Source: Ignavibacteriota bacterium | Lineage (GTDB): Bacteria > Bacteroidota > Ignavibacteria > UBA10030 > UBA6906 | Assembly: GCA_963801355.1 (NCBI GenBank) | Contig: CAWDEM010000004.1 | Coordinates: 1,184,001-1,248,000 of the forward strand | Direction of reading: 5' to 3' | DNA length: 64,000 nucleotides | In this document: piece after piece, positions 59,765 to 64,000 of the stretch | Layout: the number at the start of each line of letters is the position of its first letter | Numbering within the stretch: position 1 is the stretch's first letter | Made by a program: the position numbers and the translations under genes | The notes under the pieces: model-generated | Database searches by the model: none | Told to the model about the DNA's origin: nothing | Seen by the model: only the letters and a program-made list of their open reading frames with translations

Positions 59765-62484
59765 CACCGACATATCATATCGTCGCACACACTCACTGGG
59801 ATCGTGAGTGGTACAAATCCTTCGAGCAGTTCCGGTCAATGCTCGTGCACATGGTCGACGACCTCCTGGAGATCTGTGCGAGCGATCCCGTCTTCACCTG
59901 TTTCACGCTTGACGGCCAGGCCATCGTGCTGGAGGACTATCTGGTGGTCAAACCGGAACGCGAACAGGCCCTGCGCGCACTCGTACAGTCCGGACGCCTG
60001 GTGATCGGCCCCTGGTACGTGCTGCCCGACGAATTTCTCGTCAGTGGCGAATCGACCGTGAGAAACCTGCTCTACGGCATCAAGGCATGCCGGCGTTTCG
60101 GTACGCCCATGCAGGTTGGCTACATCCCCGACTCGTTCGGCCACATCGCCATGATGCCGGCGATCCTCCGCGGATTCGGCATGGAATCGGTGCTCGTGTA
60201 CCGTGGATTCGGCGGTGAACCGGGACAGACTTCTTCGGAGTACTGGTGGCACGCCCCGGATGGCACCCGCTGCATGATGATCCACCTCTTCCGGCACGGC
60301 TACAGCACTGCGTATTTCCACCAGGACAAGGACGAAGAGATTGTTGCCCGCTTCAGAGCCATGAAAGAAGAACTGGATGCGCGTGCGACAACCTCGCACC
60401 GACTGGTGATGAGCGGAGGAGACCACCACTGGCCGGATCCCCGTTTGCCGCGCTCGATTGATCTGCTGCGGCGTTCATTTCCCGGTACGTTCATCCAGAG
60501 TACTGTACAGGCGTATGCCGATGCTGTGGCCGGGGAGGCGGGCACATTGCCGGATGTCGAAGGCGAATTGCTGTTCGGGTACCGCTATGCTTTTGCCGTC
60601 ACGGGAGGCGTCTACTCCAGCAGGATGTATATCAAGCAGGCGAATTGGCGTGCCCAACTCTTACTGGAACGCTATGCCGAACCGCTGAATGCCATTGCCG
60701 TCGCCACCGGCGCACGCTCCCAACATCCGCTCGTACTGCATGCATGGAAGACTCTTCTCCAGAATCATCCACACGACAGCATTTGCGGCTGCAGCATCGA
60801 TCCGGTGCACCGGGAAATGATGACCCGGTTCGCGGCGGTGCAGGATGTCGGAAGGATGGTCGCGGAGCAGTCGCTCGAGCATCTTCTCCCCGTGGATGAC
60901 CTCGCGGCCGGTGACGATCGCTCCGTGTTCCTGTTCAATCCCTCGCCCGTGCCGCGGTCGGAGGTCGCCGCGGCGGAAGTCAACTTCCATCTGCAGGATG
61001 TCGTGGTCGGCTTGAACCCCGATGTCAAGGTTGCTCCGAAATTACCCCCCGTGCGTGGATTTGCCTTGTTTGACGAAGAGGGGCAGGAAGTGCCGATCCA
61101 GCGCCTCCGCCGCACCGAGGGGTACGACATTACGTATTCGAACTATAACTATCCGAAGCAGACATACACCCAACGGTTTTCGATTCTGGTGGATGCCCGA
61201 AGAATTCCACCCCTCGGGTTCAAGGGGTGGCGCGTGCAGAAACGGTCGCGTTTTGCGACGTACGAGAGCAGGGTAAAAGCCGGACGTGCCTGGATCGAAA
61301 ATGCCATGCTCCGTGTGGATGTCCACCCGCGCGGAGAAATTACCCTGAAAGACAAGACCACCGGGAGCGTGATGCGGGGTCTGCACGTCTTTGAGGATGG
61401 CGGCGACGTGGGTGATGAGTATAACTATTCGTATCCCGCCCGGGACCGTTGCATACTGTCCAACCGCTCCCGCGCAAAGATATCAGTAGTAGAGCGCGGT
61501 CCGCTTCGTGCGACGCTGCGCATCGCTCTCGTCATGACGGTACCCGCCTCGGCTGCAAAAGGCCGTAAGTCGCGGAGCGCACGCACTGTGCGTCTCCCGG
61601 TCGTGACCACCGTGTCGCTCTCCGCTTCCGGGCGCGAAGTGCTGTTCGAGACAACGGTCGACAACCGGGCGCGTGATCACCGGTTTCGCGTCCTGTTCCC
61701 ATCCGGTATCCGAACCAGTTCCGTGGATGCCGACGGCCAGTTTACGGTTCTCCATCGCGTCCGGAAGCAGTACGATCTCCGGCGTTTCAGCATTGAACAC
61801 CCGGCAAGGGTCGCGCCCATGCAGCGGTTTGTGGCCGTGCGGGATAAACGGCGTGCGTTCGTGGTAATGACAGACGGCCTGCCGGAGTACGAATTGCTCC
61901 CGGGCCCCCATGGCACACTTGCCGTGACGCTGCTGCGGTGTGTCGGACTGCTGGCCGCAGAGGACCTGATTACACGCCCCGGCGGAAAGGCAGGGTGGCA
62001 CAACGAGACACCGGATGCGCAGTGTCCCGGACAACGCACATTCCGTTACGCCGTGCTGCCACTGAGTGCGGCGGAATATGCGGACGGCCGGTCCCTTCAA
62101 CAGGAATGCGAGCGGTTCAATCTGCCGCTGATGCCCCTGCGCCGGAAGAACACGACACCCCTCCCGGCGGAAGGATCCTTCGCCGCGCTGGGTTCGTCGC
62201 GACTGGTGATGAGCGCGCTGAAGGAGGCGGAAGAAGGCGGGGGAATTGTCATGAGGTTCTGGAACCCTTCGCACGCGACGGTGGAGGACCTCCTCCGCTT
62301 TGCGGCGTCTCCATCACGGGTTGTGGCCTCGCGGCTCGATGAGACGGTCGGTGAGCCGCTTCCGGTTCTTGAGGGGCACGACGTGCGCCTGCGGGTCGGG
62401 TCTTCAGAAATCATCACACTCCGCATCTGGTTTACAGACGCATCCGATCCGGGGCGCTCCGCTTCGGGAAAGGGAATGGCATGA
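59761..62484 (+). CDS. Cytoplasmic GH38 alpha-mannosidase (MngB-like)
   Basis: HTHWDREWY, LDGQ, IGPWY..PDEFLVSGES, YIPDSFGH, HPHDSICGCS and TLLRCVG motifs. Confidence 0.94.
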   Translation: MTPTYHIVAHTHWDREWYKSFEQFRSMLVHMVDDLLEICASDPVFTCFTLDGQAIVLEDYLVVKPEREQALRALVQSGRLVIGPWYVLPDEFLVSGESTVRNLLYGIKACRRFGTPMQVGYIPDSFGHIAMMPAILRGFGMESVLVYRGFGGEPGQTSSEYWWHAPDGTRCMMIHLFRHGYSTAYFHQDKDEEIVARFRAMKEELDARATTSHRLVMSGGDHHWPDPRLPRSIDLLRRSFPGTFIQSTVQAYADAVAGEAGTLPDVEGELLFGYRYAFAVTGGVYSSRMYIKQANWRAQLLLERYAEPLNAIAVATGARSQHPLVLHAWKTLLQNHPHDSICGCSIDPVHREMMTRFAAVQDVGRMVAEQSLEHLLPVDDLAAGDDRSVFLFNPSPVPRSEVAAAEVNFHLQDVVVGLNPDVKVAPKLPPVRGFALFDEEGQEVPIQRLRRTEGYDITYSNYNYPKQTYTQRFSILVDARRIPPLGFKGWRVQKRSRFATYESRVKAGRAWIENAMLRVDVHPRGEITLKDKTTGSVMRGLHVFEDGGDVGDEYNYSYPARDRCILSNRSRAKISVVERGPLRATLRIALVMTVPASAAKGRKSRSARTVRLPVVTTVSLSASGREVLFETTVDNRARDHRFRVLFPSGIRTSSVDADGQFTVLHRVRKQYDLRRFSIEHPARVAPMQRFVAVRDKRRAFVVMTDGLPEYELLPGPHGTLAVTLLRCVGLLAAEDLITRPGGKAGWHNETPDAQCPGQRTFRYAVLPLSAAEYADGRSLQQECERFNLPLMPLRRKNTTPLPAEGSFAALGSSRLVMSALKEAEEGGGIVMRFWNPSHATVEDLLRFAASPSRVVASRLDETVGEPLPVLEGHDVRLRVGSSEIITLRIWFTDASDPGRSASGKGMA

Positions 62485-63377
62485 AGATCGCACAGTATGA
62501 ACATGCTCAGGGTCTCGCCGTCGGTCTGGAGCTGGATGGCCGCTGGTTGGACTATACCAGGGCCCATGCCGCGTATATGTTGCTGGCCCAGAGCGTTGCC
62601 GTCTTTCCCCGCACGACCATCGACCAGCTCCTGGAGCGCGGGGAATTCAGCGAAAAACAATTCCGGGCCGTAGCAGCATTCGTGCGGAAGAACTCACTGC
62701 AGCGTGTCCTGCGCCTTCCCTCTGATGCACGCCTTCGGGCGCCGCTGTTCCGGCCGGGGAAAATTGTCGCTCTCGGACTGAATTATGTCCTCCATGCAAA
62801 AGAAGGAAGCTTCGCGGTGCCCGTGGAGCCCATCATATTTCTGAAGGCAGGCTCATCGGTGATCGGACCGGGCGAAACGGTGCGCATCCCGCGCGGGATC
62901 GGCCGCATGGATCATGAGGTGGAACTCGCCGTCATCATCGGCAGGAGGGCCACGGAAGTCAAGAAACGCAACGCGTGGAATGTCATCGCAGGATACACGA
63001 TCTGCAACGACGTGACCGCGCGCAGTCTTCAAACGCATGATATCCGCAACCGCCATCCGTGGTTCAGGTCCAAGAGCTTCGATACGTTCTCTCCGATTGG
63101 TCCCTGGATCGTGACAAAAGACGAGATCCGCCCGCCGGTGCACCTCAGCGTCGAATGCCGGGTGAACGGCAGGGTCAGGCAGAAAGCGAACACGCGCGCG
63201 CTGATCTTTGACATCCCCACGGTTATCGAATTCATCACCAGATACATCACTCTTGAACCGGGAGACATCGTTTCCACGGGCACCCCTGCAGGGATCGGGC
63301 CCATCCGCCATGGCGACACGGTGGTCTGCCGCATCCAGAAAATCGGTGAGCTGAGCAATCCGGTGCGCTACCGATGA
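62481..63377 (+). CDS. Fumarylacetoacetate hydrolase family protein
   Basis: GLNY..H, DHEVELAV, NDVTAR, KSFDTF and TGTPAG motifs. Confidence 0.93.
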   Translation: MKIAQYEHAQGLAVGLELDGRWLDYTRAHAAYMLLAQSVAVFPRTTIDQLLERGEFSEKQFRAVAAFVRKNSLQRVLRLPSDARLRAPLFRPGKIVALGLNYVLHAKEGSFAVPVEPIIFLKAGSSVIGPGETVRIPRGIGRMDHEVELAVIIGRRATEVKKRNAWNVIAGYTICNDVTARSLQTHDIRNRHPWFRSKSFDTFSPIGPWIVTKDEIRPPVHLSVECRVNGRVRQKANTRALIFDIPTVIEFITRYITLEPGDIVSTGTPAGIGPIRHGDTVVCRIQKIGELSNPVRYR

Positions 63378-64000
63378 AAATTGACAGGATAACACTGACC
63401 CATATCCGCATCCCCCTGGTGGAGATATTCCGCATCAGCAACGGCGTTGTGGCGGAGAAAGACGGCATTCTCGTTTCCGTGGACGCGGATGGCATGACGG
63501 GTGTTGGCGAGGCATCGCCGATGCCGGGGACGTTCTACTCTCCCGAGACCCCGGAGGGGACATGGGATGATCTGAAGCAGCGGATCATCCCGGCAGTCGT
63601 TTCCATGCGGCCGAAGACTCTCGATGATGTGTGCGGCGTGCTGGAAGCGATCGGCGGTAATCCCTTTGCGCGGGCAGGCGTGGAGACCGCGTTCTGGGAT
63701 CTGGAGGCGCAGCGGCAGGGGGTCCCTCTGGCCAGACTGCTTGGCGGCAGCCGCACAAGGATTGATGCCGGTCTCGCCGTGGGCATCGCGCCGACGATTC
63801 CAGAATTGCTCGCAATGATAGAACCCCGTCTCGCCGACGGATACAAGCGGCTGAAGATCAAGGTGCAGCCCGGATGGGATATTGAGCCCTTGCGTGAGAT
63901 CCGCCGCCAATTTGGTGCATTGCCCCTCATGGTCGATGCGAATTGCGCGTATTCGCGCGGACATTTCGACCACCTGCGCCGCTTCGACGAGTTCGACATG
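63374..64000 (+). CDS. Enolase-superfamily OSBS / N-acylamino acid racemase-like protein (runs off the window)
   Basis: Not in the ORF track. Hand translation: MKIDRITL...GVGE...YSPET...ETAFWDL...LLGG...GYKRLKIKVQPGWD...LMVDANCAY. Confidence 0.88.
   Translation, partial: MKIDRITLTHIRIPLVEIFRISNGVVAEKDGILVSVDADGMTGVGEASPMPGTFYSPETPEGTWDDLKQRIIPAVVSMRPKTLDDVCGVLEAIGGNPFARAGVETAFWDLEAQRQGVPLARLLGGSRTRIDAGLAVGIAPTIPELLAMIEPRLADGYKRLKIKVQPGWDIEPLREIRRQFGALPLMVDANCAYSRGHFDHLRRFDEFDM

Noticed and set aside
63374-64000. menC of menaquinone biosynthesis
   Set aside because: No men genes upstream and the context is catabolic; the gene is partial, so only the family is called.
7953-64000. Secondary-metabolite (aminoglycoside-like) biosynthetic cluster or mobile island
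   Set aside because: No glycosyltransferase, NDP-sugar enzymes, exporter, integrase or transposase; importers and hydrolases dominate.

Overview
GC-rich bacterial DNA (about 60% by eye) from an FCB-group lineage outside Bacteroidia, probably Ignavibacteria-like or KSB1-like (inference). The basis is a PorV-like gene and a T9SS-type C-terminal domain together with Shine-Dalgarno-led genes and canonical TTGACA-17-TATACT promoters. The first 8 kb holds an APC permease, a VWA protein, PlsC and M1 and S9 peptidases. The rest is one glycoconjugate-catabolic island of more than 55 kb, transcribed from back-to-back sigma70 promoters at 26441-26530. The leftward arm encodes GH78, a cupin, Gfo/Idh/MocA, an AGE epimerase, a creatininase-family protein, an MFS porter, two unclassified (alpha/alpha)6 glycosidases, GH47 and a sugar ABC system. 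The rightward arm starts with a SusD-less uptake triad: TonB-dependent receptor, large T9SS-CTD protein and a dedicated PorV-like barrel. It continues with a MetE-like zinc enzyme, a PhyH oxygenase, more unclassified glycosidase-like proteins, a Tat-exported PLP enzyme, an SSS transporter, LarA, IclR, a TIM-barrel isomerase, a class III aminotransferase and a double amidohydrolase. It ends with a duplicated propeller+toroid module, PfkB, GH38, FAH and an OSBS/NAAAR-type enolase. About 14 frameshifts between 5 and 35.3 kb look like sequencing indels. No CRISPR array, rRNA, tRNA or transposase was seen. All family calls come from motif recognition by eye, without database searches.
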